64,000 nt of DNA from an uncultured Staphylococcaceae bacterium. Lineage in GTDB: Bacteria; Bacillota_I; Bacilli_A; ML615J-28; CAG-313. Below the pieces are notes generated by a model that saw nothing but the letters and a program-made list of their open reading frames with translations, ran no database searches and was not told the origin of the DNA. The position numbers and the translations under genes are program-made. Numbering within the stretch: position 1 is the first letter of the stretch; each line of letters opens with the position of its first letter. The stretch is from NCBI GenBank assembly GCA_964507405.1, contig CAZDPJ010000006.1, forward strand, positions 1,020 through 65,019, in the 5' to 3' direction. This document shows positions 29,214-38,078 of the stretch, one piece after another.

Positions 29214-30599
29214 TTAGAATTCACAGTTCTTTGGAGTTCTTGGATATGGAATAACATCTCTAATATTATCTATTCCTGTAACATACATTATTAGTCTTTC
29301 AAAACCAAGACCAAATCCTGAATGTTTAACACCACCATATCTTCTTAAATCAACATACCAGTCAAGTGGTTCTATCTTCATTTTTAATTCATTCATTCTT
29401 GCAAGAAGTAAATCTAGACGTTCTTCTCTTTGTGAACCACCTACAAGTTCACCTGCACCAGGAACTAGTAAATCTACAGCAGCAACAGTTTTTTGGTCAT
29501 CATTTAATCTCATATAGAAAGCTTTTATTTCTTTTGGCCAATTTGTTACAAAGACAGGAGCTTTAAAATGAACATCTGTTAAATATCTTTCATGCTCAGT
29601 CGCAAGGTCTTCTCCATATTCAGGTTTATTTTCAAATATATCGCCTGCATCTTTTAAGATTGTAATTGCATCATGATGTGAACATTTAACTATATGTGAT
29701 GAAACAAGTTGTTCTAATTGTTGTTTTTTACCAGGACAAACAAATTTATCAAAGAATTCTATTTCTTCTTTAGCGTTTTCTAAAACATAACTAACAACAT
29801 ATTTAACCATATCTTCAATTAAATCCATATCATCATCTAAATCCGCAAACGCAATTTCTGGTTCTATCATCCAAAATTCAGAAGCATGTCTTGTTGTATT
29901 TGAATTTTCTGCTCTAAATGTAGGACCAAAAGTATATACTTTTCCAAATGCAAGAGCATAAGTTTCTGCTTCTAATTGACCTGTTACTGTTAAGTTAACT
30001 GGTTTGCCGAAGAAATCTTTTGAATAATCAACGCTACCGCTTTTCGCTATTTTTTCTAAATCTAAAGTTGTTACTTGGAACATTTCTCCAGCACCTTCTC
30101 CATCATTTGATGTAATTAAAGGTGTGTTTACATATATGAAATTTCTTTTTTGAAAGAATTCATGAATAGCAAAAGCTAGTTTACTACGCATTCTAAATAC
30201 AGCACTAAATAAGTTAGTTCTCATTCTTAGATGTGCTTTTTCTCTTAAGAATTCTCTTGTATGTCTTTTTGGTTGAATTGGATAATCTTCAGGTGAATCA
30301 CCTTCAAGCACTACTTTTGTTGCTTTTATTTCATATGGTTGTTTTGGGTTTGGTGATTTTGTGACAAAGCCTTCTACTCTTACACCACTTCCTACTCTAA
30401 ATTTGGATATTTCTAAAAAGTTTTCTAAATTTTGTTCATACACTATTTGCGCATTATCTAAGTATGAACCATCGTTTAAGTTTAAAAAGCCAAATTCTTT
30501 TTGAGCACGATTTGTTCTAACCCATCCTTCAACAATTACAGGAGTTTCAATGTATGCTGAACCATTTGTAAAAAGTTCTTTAATACTTAGTTTTTTCAT
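29214..30599 (-). CDS. asnS: asparagine--tRNA ligase
   Basis: 461 aa. Class IIb motifs FRAENSNTTRHASEFWMIEPE and GFGLGFERLIMYVTG..IRDVIPYPRT. Confidence 0.93.
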   Translation of the reverse strand: MKKLSIKELFTNGSAYIETPVIVEGWVRTNRAQKEFGFLNLNDGSYLDNAQIVYEQNLENFLEISKFRVGSGVRVEGFVTKSPNPKQPYEIKATKVVLEGDSPEDYPIQPKRHTREFLREKAHLRMRTNLFSAVFRMRSKLAFAIHEFFQKRNFIYVNTPLITSNDGEGAGEMFQVTTLDLEKIAKSGSVDYSKDFFGKPVNLTVTGQLEAETYALAFGKVYTFGPTFRAENSNTTRHASEFWMIEPEIAFADLDDDMDLIEDMVKYVVSYVLENAKEEIEFFDKFVCPGKKQQLEQLVSSHIVKCSHHDAITILKDAGDIFENKPEYGEDLATEHERYLTDVHFKAPVFVTNWPKEIKAFYMRLNDDQKTVAAVDLLVPGAGELVGGSQREERLDLLLARMNELKMKIEPLDWYVDLRRYGGVKHSGFGLGFERLIMYVTGIDNIRDVIPYPRTPKNCEF

Positions 30600-30625
30600 T
30601 TTCTTTTTCCTTCTTTCTTATATAT

Positions 30626-30900
30626 TAAAAAGCCTTAGTAAAATAACTATTGCTTTAGTTAGTTACTAAGGACGATTATTACCGCGGTACCACCTTAATT
30701 CATAAACATATTTTGTTTATGCTCTCTTAATCCTTTAACGCAGAATATACGAACGATTCTACTAGTAATATTAATATATATTACTTTCTTTCGTTTGCTC
30801 ATAGGTGTTACTAAATAAGTTATTATTTTTAAGTTCTCACTTTCCTTAAATCACTGTGAATAATATTATACTATTTAATTCCTAATCATTGCTTTCTTTT
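30626..30900 (-). promoter_or_regulatory. T-box leader (tRNA-sensing riboswitch) of asnS
   Basis: The minus strand reads AAGGTGGTACCGCGGTAAT (T-box; plus-strand 30681-30694 accgcggtaccacc). Terminator stem 30633-30641/30664-30672 plus U-run. An AAC (Asn) triplet sits in the GAGCAAACGAAAG region expected for the specifier loop. Confidence 0.85.
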
Positions 30901-30903
30901 TGT

Positions 30904-30932
30904 ATTATATGCTTTTTTTAAATTATTGTCAA
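30904..30932 (-). promoter_or_regulatory. consensus sigma-A promoter (TTGACA-17-TATAAT) for the asnS T-box leader
   Basis: -35 reverse complement at 30927-30932, -10 reverse complement at 30904-30909. Lies immediately downstream of the mnmE stop codon (30938-30940). Confidence 0.7.
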
Positions 30933-30937
30933 ATTTA

Positions 30938-32296
30938 TTACTTACCTAAACAGAATTTACTAAATAATTCATCAAGTAAACTAGTAGTAGATGTATCTCC
31001 AGTGATTTCACCTAAATAATTATATGCATCCCTTAAATATATTTCAACAAAATCTATAAATGTATTATTATCAATTGTTTTCTTTGCTTCTTTTAATGAA
31101 TTAATTGCTTGTGTTAACTTAGATATTTGTCTTGAATTACCTAGATAAACTGAATTATTAGTTAGATCTATATCCTTTAAAACTTTTTCTGTTATTTGTT
31201 TTTCAAGTAATTCAATATCTAATTCATTATGAGCACTAATATTTAGGTAATCAAACTCTTTATAAGTATCATTTGTTCCTAAATCTTTTTTATTAAGAAT
31301 TACAATATGAGGTTTATCTTTTATTTGTTCATAAATTATTTTCTCTTCTTTTGTTAATTTACTACTACCATCTAAAACAAATAAAACTAGGTCTGCTTTT
31401 TCAATGGTTTCCCTTGATTTTTCAACGCCAAGTTTTTCAACAACATTATTTGTTTTTCTGATTCCTGCAGTATCAACCAAATTAAGGGTTATATTTCCAA
31501 TATTTACCTTAGCCTCAATAATATCTCTAGTTGTACCTGGAATATTTGTAACAATTGCTTTATTTTCCTTTAAAAGAGCATTTAAAAGTGTACTCTTACC
31601 AACATTAGGCTTACCAATAATAGCTGTAGTTATTCCTTCTTTTAAATATCTTGCACCTATTGAATCTTTTAATAACTTTTCTAACTTATCTACTATATCA
31701 TTTAATTTAGGTTCTACCTCATCATTTGTTAATTCTTCGACATCATCGTATTCAGGATAATCAATATTAACATCGATAACCGCAATAATATCTAACAATT
31801 CTTGACGATATTCTCTAACTAAATTATATATTTTTCCGTTAATTCCTTGATTTGCAAGTTTAATTGCTGTTTTATTTTCAGCATCAATTATATCCATTAC
31901 CGCTTCTGCTTTAGTTAAATCAATACGACCATTTAAAAAAGCACGTTTTGTAAATTCACCAGGTTCAGCTGGTCTTGCGCCTAAATTAACTAAATTCTCA
32001 TAAATTAAATTAGTAACAAATAATCCACCATGACAGTTAATTTCTACAACATCTTCTTTTGTATATGTTTTAGGAGCTCTAAATACAGACACTAATACTT
32101 CATCTAATATTTCTTTTTTATTATTGTCATATATATGTCCATAATTTATTGTATGACTTTTTACCTTACATAAATTAGCCCCTTTAAAAACTTTATTAAC
32201 TAATTCTATTACTCCATCACCACTTAATCTAATTATGGAAATAGCACCTTTTGAATAAGCAGTTGATATACCAATTATCATATCTTCTTGTGACAT
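30938..32296 (-). CDS. mnmE: tRNA modification GTPase MnmE
   Basis: GKPNVGKSTLLN, DTAGIR, C-terminal FCLGK. The start is probably the ATG at 32294-32296, 8 nt after GAGGAG. The track ORF starts at a GTG at 32305. Confidence 0.93.
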   Translation of the reverse strand: MSQEDMIIGISTAYSKGAISIIRLSGDGVIELVNKVFKGANLCKVKSHTINYGHIYDNNKKEILDEVLVSVFRAPKTYTKEDVVEINCHGGLFVTNLIYENLVNLGARPAEPGEFTKRAFLNGRIDLTKAEAVMDIIDAENKTAIKLANQGINGKIYNLVREYRQELLDIIAVIDVNIDYPEYDDVEELTNDEVEPKLNDIVDKLEKLLKDSIGARYLKEGITTAIIGKPNVGKSTLLNALLKENKAIVTNIPGTTRDIIEAKVNIGNITLNLVDTAGIRKTNNVVEKLGVEKSRETIEKADLVLFVLDGSSKLTKEEKIIYEQIKDKPHIVILNKKDLGTNDTYKEFDYLNISAHNELDIELLEKQITEKVLKDIDLTNNSVYLGNSRQISKLTQAINSLKEAKKTIDNNTFIDFVEIYLRDAYNYLGEITGDTSTTSLLDELFSKFCLGK

Positions 32297-32501
32297 ATTC
32301 ATCACTCCTCTTATAATATATTATACATTATTTTTACAAAGTTCCATTCGTTTTTACTTTATTTTTTTCTATGTAAACATTTTCAAAATAAAAGGTATTG
32401 CAAAAAAAATAATAAAATGATATAATTATTTTGCTCTTTGTAGTAGAAATCCTACCTGTTGCAAAGAGAATCCTTAATTTTTATTCAATTCTCGTTTCTT
32501 T

Positions 32502-32537
32502 AAAAAAGGCTCTATTTTCCTGGAGTCTTTTTTTATT
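32502..32537. terminator. bidirectional hairpin terminator downstream of jag
   Basis: aaaaaaggctct..(loop)..ggagtcttttttt, an A-run/T-run-flanked stem with G-U pairs. Confidence 0.55.
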
Positions 32538-32558
32538 TTAAAAAAACAAAGAGAAGGT

Positions 32559-33197
32559 TTAACCTTCTCTATTTTGTTCTTTATTTTTTGCTTTAGGTGT
32601 TATGATCAAATATCTATGTGGTTCAACACCTTCTGAATGAGTAGTAACATCACGCCATGTTGATAATTTATTATGAATAACTTTTCTTTCATATGCATTC
32701 ATAAATCTAAGTCTTACTGGCATTTGTGTTCTAATAGCTTCACGTGCAAGTCTTGTTCCTAATCTTTCTAATTGTTCGTCTTTACTTTTACGATAATTAC
32801 CAACGTCAACTTTAACAATTAATCCAGATTCTTCATCACGATTAAAGTATTGATTAACTACTATTGTTGTTAAATAATGAAGTGCTGAAAGAGTTTGAGA
32901 ATTATGACCAATTAAAACAGCGTTTGAATTTTCAGTATTTATATCATATTCAACAACATTATCACGCATTTTTCTTTCTACAAAACCATAGATATCTGCT
33001 TCTTGTAAATAGTTTTCAATATAATCTTTTCCTTTTTTAACAGGATTAGCATCAACCATTACATGAACTTGTATTTCACCTAAACTATCTTCAGATGTTA
33101 CATCAAAATATAAATCATCTTTTGATACACCTAATTCATTAATTGCAAGTTCTTCTATTTCTTGGATATTCTTGCCTACATACATTTTTTCTTTCAT
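32559..33197 (-). CDS. jag: RNA-binding protein Jag/KhpB (KH + R3H)
   Basis: 212 aa. C-terminal R3H (ERKVIHNKLSTWRDVTTHSEG). Sits in the yidC-jag synteny. Confidence 0.9.
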   Translation of the reverse strand: MKEKMYVGKNIQEIEELAINELGVSKDDLYFDVTSEDSLGEIQVHVMVDANPVKKGKDYIENYLQEADIYGFVERKMRDNVVEYDINTENSNAVLIGHNSQTLSALHYLTTIVVNQYFNRDEESGLIVKVDVGNYRKSKDEQLERLGTRLAREAIRTQMPVRLRFMNAYERKVIHNKLSTWRDVTTHSEGVEPHRYLIITPKAKNKEQNREG

Positions 33198-33208
33198 GTC
33201 TGTTACCT

Positions 33209-34678
33209 CTATCTATATTTCTTTTGCTTTTCTTTCAACTTTTCTAATTTCTTTTCACTTTGTTTGGAATTAATATACATTTGTAACATTGAATAACAGT
33301 TACCTATTAACCAGTAAATACCTAAACCAGCTTTACTTGTCCATACAAACACACCCATCATAACAATCATTAAATACATAACTATCTTCATAGAACGTTG
33401 TGTATCATTAGCTTGTTGAGCTGCTGCTTGACGACGATACATAGGGATATCTTCTTGTGCTTTATTCTTTGCGTCTTTTTGTCTTCTTTCACTTAAGATT
33501 TGACTTAAGAATTGGGTTCCGGCAACAAGTACAACTAAAATAATAATCCAAATTAATTGAGAAGTACCAGCTGTGTAATCTTGGAATAAGTCTAAATTGA
33601 AGATTTTTGAATTTAATTCATTTCCCCAGTTTAATGTATATTTTGTTCCCTCTGTTTTAACAGTATACGGAATTCTTGATACAGCTCGATAAATTGCCAT
33701 GAATATAGGGAATTGTAAGAATGGCATAATACAACCACCTATACCTATACCATTTTGTTTATAAAGTCTTGCTTGTTCCATTTGCATCATTCTTTGAGAA
33801 TCAGGGTCTTTACGATTAGCATATTTTGCTTGAATTTTCGCAATTTCAGGTTCAATAGCTTTCATCTTTAAACTCATATCATTTGTTTTTGCGTAAATCG
33901 GCCATCCTAAAGTTCTAATTAATAAAGTAGTTATAAATAAACCTATAATATAAAATCCACCACATAATTTAGAAATAATATATAATAACCATCCAACAGG
34001 AAATACAAATACATTATTAAAGAAATTTCCCATAAAATCTCCAAAACTATCAGCATAGAAATGAAGTGGTTCACCTTCTAGTGTTCTTTCTTTAACTTGT
34101 AAAGTAAATGTTGCAACTATATCATAAAGATTTGTTTCGTTTACAATATTATTTATTTTTTCTTGAGCAGAAACGTTTGTTTGAGCAAATAAACAAGATA
34201 AGCAACTAGTATTAACTTTAACAGCATCACTATATTCTTCTAATTTAAACGCTTCATATACAGAATTTCCATCGCCATCTTTAATTGCGTATGAACGATC
34301 TATATACTCGTTATATTTTTCAATATCCGATTTAATCAAAATTACTTTATAATTTTTATTAGCTTTATCATTATCTTTCTTACCAGATATACCGTTATAA
34401 TCAGGGTATGAAGCTATTAATTCTTTAGCATTTTTCTTCATTTCATCAACCTTAGATTCATCGGTAAGTTCAGTCTCGTTTAGTTCTATTTCTTTTTTAT
34501 GTAATTCAGAAGTAATCCATTCAACTATATTTCCTGCTTCTGTTTCTTCGCTAGCTTTAGCTTTCTCATATGCATTTGAATAACTAGAACCTGAGCACGC
34601 ACTACAACTTGTTAAGGTTACTGCCATTAATAATAAAGCAATCAAAAGAAATAAACTTTTACTTTGTAATTTTTTCAT
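33209..34678 (-). CDS. yidC: membrane insertase YidC/SpoIIIJ with a roughly 190-aa N-terminal lipoprotein extension
   Basis: 489 aa. Lipobox LTSC. Conserved core WPIYAKTNDMSLKMKAIEPEIAKIQAKY...GCIMPFLQFPIFMAIY. Confidence 0.9.
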   Translation of the reverse strand: MKKLQSKSLFLLIALLLMAVTLTSCSACSGSSYSNAYEKAKASEETEAGNIVEWITSELHKKEIELNETELTDESKVDEMKKNAKELIASYPDYNGISGKKDNDKANKNYKVILIKSDIEKYNEYIDRSYAIKDGDGNSVYEAFKLEEYSDAVKVNTSCLSCLFAQTNVSAQEKINNIVNETNLYDIVATFTLQVKERTLEGEPLHFYADSFGDFMGNFFNNVFVFPVGWLLYIISKLCGGFYIIGLFITTLLIRTLGWPIYAKTNDMSLKMKAIEPEIAKIQAKYANRKDPDSQRMMQMEQARLYKQNGIGIGGCIMPFLQFPIFMAIYRAVSRIPYTVKTEGTKYTLNWGNELNSKIFNLDLFQDYTAGTSQLIWIIILVVLVAGTQFLSQILSERRQKDAKNKAQEDIPMYRRQAAAQQANDTQRSMKIVMYLMIVMMGVFVWTSKAGLGIYWLIGNCYSMLQMYINSKQSEKKLEKLKEKQKKYR

Positions 34679-35024
34679 CTTTTTCTCCTTTTGGTTGTCT
34701 TAATAATATCGTCTTTATACAATATAATAAATCATTTTTTAAAATTTCATATTTAACACATTTACTGATTGGTTTTATTACAACCACCATATCAACGTTT
34801 TTAATATTTTTTATTTCATTAATAAAAATACTTCTAGCGATTCTTTTTGCTTTATTCCTCTCTACCGCTTTTCCATATTTCTTAGATACTGAAAAAGCGA
34901 TTTTAGGAACTATTTCTTCTTTATATTGATAATAAACGATATAATTATCACGATAAATTCTTTGTCTTTTTTGAACGATTAAGGCTATATCATGGTTTTT
35001 CTTTAATCTATTTATTTTTTTCAT
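34659..35024 (-). CDS. rnpA: RNase P protein component
   Basis: 121 aa. FSVSKKYGKAVERNKAKRIAR. Confidence 0.92.
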   Translation of the reverse strand: MKKINRLKKNHDIALIVQKRQRIYRDNYIVYYQYKEEIVPKIAFSVSKKYGKAVERNKAKRIARSIFINEIKNIKNVDMVVVIKPISKCVKYEILKNDLLYCIKTILLRQPKGEKDEKITK

Positions 35025-35103
35025 TTTAACCTCGTCAAAAATAAAGAGACCACTTCCATTTATAAATGACAGAAGTGGTCCAAGAATATTATTTAATTTA
35101 TTA

Positions 35104-35238
35104 TTAAGCGCTTAATACAGCGCGACCTTTTAAACGTCTGCGGGCTAAAACTTTTCTTCCGCCAACTGTTGCCATACGAGCACGGAAACCATGTGTCTTA
35201 CTATGTTTACGTTTGTTAGGTTGGTATGTTCTTTTCAT
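35104..35238 (-). CDS. rpmH: 50S ribosomal protein L34
   Basis: Below the ORF-track cutoff. My translation is [54 protein letters not shown] upstream. Confidence 0.97.
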   Translation of the reverse strand: MKRTYQPNKRKHSKTHGFRARMATVGGRKVLARRRLKGRAVLSA

Positions 35239-35272
35239 TATTAGCACCTCCAATTAAAAACCATGCTAAAGT

Positions 35273-35301
35273 ATTTTACTATATTTTAATTAATTTGTCA
35301 A
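35273..35301 (-). promoter_or_regulatory. putative rpmH promoter (TTGACA-17-TAAAAT)
   Basis: -35 reverse complement at 35296-35301, -10 reverse complement at 35273-35278. Confidence 0.55.
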
Positions 35302-35342
35302 TTCTTTTTACTTGAGAAAAAAATAGAGATAATAAATTATCT

Positions 35343-36371
35343 CTATTTTGCATTCAAATCTATTTTTATTTTTCTTACACTTGATGTTCCATCATCAAAT
35401 TTAACTACAGTCTTAACGAATAAAGTTACAACATCATATACTTCATCAATTTTATATGAACTTAAGATTGTATCAGTAGATGCTGCTTTATTTAAAGCAC
35501 TACCTGCACAAGTATAGAAACGAACATATTCACTAAATATTTTGTGATCACAGTCTTTAGTATTTATTTTACCAAACACTTCAACTGAGAAATTTTCAAT
35601 TTTTTTATCTCCAAGATAAGTTTGGTTTAATTCTGTTTCAAAATTAAAACTATCTTTCTTGATAGAATCTTTTTTTGATTCTTCAGTTGCTTTAGTGTAT
35701 TCAATATTTACATCAATTGCTTCAGATTCATTCACTATATTGTCATCATTACCTAATAAACCATTTTCATATTTAGAAAAATCTTCAGACTCATAATCAG
35801 TAACTTTAAATTCTGTTTTTAATTCTTTGTTTATTTCTTCATTATCAATAACAATTGTATATTTAATATTTACATAAAGTTTTAAAGGAATATTATCAAC
35901 AACAGTTTCTTCTTTTGTTGAACTATCTACTGTAACAGATTGTTTAAAAATACTACTTGATATAAAAGAACTTGAACTTAATTGTGAATAAGTTGAACTT
36001 TTAGAAATTGAATAAGTAGATGAACTTTCATCAAACTTAATTTTACCTTTTCTATTAACTCCAGCAATAAAAGGTTTAATGTTTTTAATTTCATAACCTT
36101 TTGCGGCATCTTGTTTTTCTAAAAATCCTCTTACTTTATAAGTTGTTGATTCAAAATCAGATTCATTTTCTAATGTAGACTTTCTTTCTTCATAAACTCT
36201 AACAGTTAATTTCACATATTCATCATATGATTGTTCACAATATCCATCTAGTACTTTAGATTTTGTTGTTGAATTTAGTATTAAAATAGTAACAACTCCT
36301 ACTAAAGCAGTATATAACACAAGAATTAATATTTTTATTTTTGTACTTAGGGCTGATAATTTGCTTAACAT
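35343..36371 (-). CDS. hypothetical N-terminally anchored extracytoplasmic protein lying between oriC and rpmH
   Basis: 342 aa. One N-terminal TM (ILILVLYTALVGVVTILIL). Ser-rich patch. Its own terminator hairpin at 35316-35348. I recognise no family. Confidence 0.5.
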   Translation of the reverse strand: MLSKLSALSTKIKILILVLYTALVGVVTILILNSTTKSKVLDGYCEQSYDEYVKLTVRVYEERKSTLENESDFESTTYKVRGFLEKQDAAKGYEIKNIKPFIAGVNRKGKIKFDESSSTYSISKSSTYSQLSSSSFISSSIFKQSVTVDSSTKEETVVDNIPLKLYVNIKYTIVIDNEEINKELKTEFKVTDYESEDFSKYENGLLGNDDNIVNESEAIDVNIEYTKATEESKKDSIKKDSFNFETELNQTYLGDKKIENFSVEVFGKINTKDCDHKIFSEYVRFYTCAGSALNKAASTDTILSSYKIDEVYDVVTLFVKTVVKFDDGTSSVRKIKIDLNAK

Positions 36372-36470
36372 ATTTACACCTCACACTTTGAGTATTCTAT
36401 CACAAGGTTTCGAAATTTGCAAGTTAAAAGAGTAGAAAGTTTTACTCTGTCCTTAATATATAGAAAAAAG

Positions 36471-36542
36471 TTATCCACTTATCCACATGTGGATAACTAT
36501 CACTACTTATCCACTTTTTTTCCACATTATTAATGTGGATAA
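36471..36542. promoter_or_regulatory. oriC upstream DnaA-box cluster (5 boxes)
   Basis: TTATCCACt 36471-79, TTATCCACA 36479-87, TGTGGATAA 36488-96, TTATCCACt 36507-15, TGTGGATAA 36534-42. Confidence 0.9.
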
Positions 36543-36622
36543 CTTAAAAAAACCTTTTTTATCTTATTTTTTGTATTTTTTACTTCTTTTTGTTATAATG
36601 TAATGTAAAGAGGTGATGTTTA

Positions 36623-38005
36623 ATGGAAATTGATAATTCAATTTGGTTAAAAGTTAAAGAGAAACTGAAAGAGACTATAGACGAACCAACATACCTTGCT
36701 ACTTTTGACGAAATTAAAGAAATTTATAAAGAACAAAATGGATACATTTATTTACCTGTATCAACTACTTTAATAAAATATCGTATTGAGAAATTCTATT
36801 TAGCAAGAATGAATGAGATTTTAAGTGAATTTGTCTCTGAAAAGATGTCTTTTAAATTAATTACAACAGCTGATATAGCGGTTGAAAAAGAAAATCAAGA
36901 GAAAAAAGCATTTTCTGCTCCTGATAAAGCGGATAAATTCAAGAGTAGAACATTAAGACCAGAATATACTTTTGAAAACTTTGTTACTGGCGAAGCCAAT
37001 AGAGAAGCTTTTACTTTTTCTATTAAGGTTGCTGATTCTCCACATGTAACAGTAAACCCTTTGTATATTTTTGGAGATGTTGGTTTAGGAAAAACACACC
37101 TTATGACGGCAATTGGCCATTATATTTTAGATAATAACATAAACGCTAATATTATTTTCACTACTGCACAACAATACACAGAAGATTATTTTAATGCAAC
37201 TAACAGAAATAATAGAAATTCTGACACATTAGATTCTTTTAATAATTTCTATCGTTCTGCAGACGTGCTATTAGTAGATGATATTCAATTTTTAAAAGAT
37301 AAAGTAAAAACTCAAGAAGAATTTTTTAAGTTATTTGAATATTTACATGAAAATAATAAACAAATTGTAATTACTTCTGATAGACCAGCCTCAGAACTTG
37401 AAATTATGGATCGTCTTAAATCTAGATTTAGTTGGGGAATCCCTGTTGATATTAAAAAACCTAATTTTGATTTGAGAAAAACTATTTTAAAAAAGAAATT
37501 AGCTTTCCTAATTAGTGATCCGAATGTTGTCCCTGATGATGTTTTAACATTTATTGCTGAAAATTTTCAAGAAAACGTAAGAGAACTAGAGGGAGCTTTA
37601 CGTCGTTTTGTTTCGTATTGTGTTGCTTTTAACATAGAATTTACGTTAGAAAACGCTCAAGCTTCATTGAATTCGATTATTTCTAAAGATAAACAAGTAG
37701 TAAATGTTAGTGATTCTGTTATAATTGAAAAAATAAAAAACGTTGTTGCCACTTATTTTAATATTAATATTAAAGATTTAGTGGGAACATCTAGAAAACA
37801 AGAGATTGCTTACGCAAGAATGATAACAACTTATCTTCTTAGAAAGGAATTAAACCTTCCTTTAAAGAAAATAGGTGAGTTATTAGGTGGTAGAGATCAT
37901 GCAACTATCGCTCATGCTATTGAAAAAATAACAAATTCAGTAGAAACTGACTCTTTAGTTAAGCAAGATGTGGAAGTTTTAATTCAAAAAATCAAGCAAA
38001 ATTAG
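36623..38005 (+). CDS. dnaA: chromosomal replication initiator DnaA
   Basis: 460 aa. NPLYIFGDVGLGKTHL, LLVDDIQFL, C-terminal DHATIAHA. Confidence 0.97.
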   Translation: MEIDNSIWLKVKEKLKETIDEPTYLATFDEIKEIYKEQNGYIYLPVSTTLIKYRIEKFYLARMNEILSEFVSEKMSFKLITTADIAVEKENQEKKAFSAPDKADKFKSRTLRPEYTFENFVTGEANREAFTFSIKVADSPHVTVNPLYIFGDVGLGKTHLMTAIGHYILDNNINANIIFTTAQQYTEDYFNATNRNNRNSDTLDSFNNFYRSADVLLVDDIQFLKDKVKTQEEFFKLFEYLHENNKQIVITSDRPASELEIMDRLKSRFSWGIPVDIKKPNFDLRKTILKKKLAFLISDPNVVPDDVLTFIAENFQENVRELEGALRRFVSYCVAFNIEFTLENAQASLNSIISKDKQVVNVSDSVIIEKIKNVVATYFNINIKDLVGTSRKQEIAYARMITTYLLRKELNLPLKKIGELLGGRDHATIAHAIEKITNSVETDSLVKQDVEVLIQKIKQN

Positions 38006-38008
38006 AAG

Positions 38009-38066
38009 TTATCCACTTATCCACATAGCTAATAATAAATATAATATACAAATATAAATAATAAAT
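38009..38066. promoter_or_regulatory. oriC downstream element: two DnaA boxes followed by TAG/TAA trinucleotide repeats and an AT-rich putative unwinding element
   Basis: TTATCCACt 38009-17, TTATCCACA 38017-25, then TAGcTAATAATAAATATAATATAC.... Confidence 0.7.
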
Positions 38067-38078
38067 AGGGAGGATTTT

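Noticed and set aside
35025-35103. A hairpin (gaccacttc...gaagtggtc) between rpmH and rnpA, considered as a possible ncRNA.
   Set aside because: It is most simply a partial terminator or attenuator between rpmH and rnpA, as is commonly seen. It is too short for anything else.
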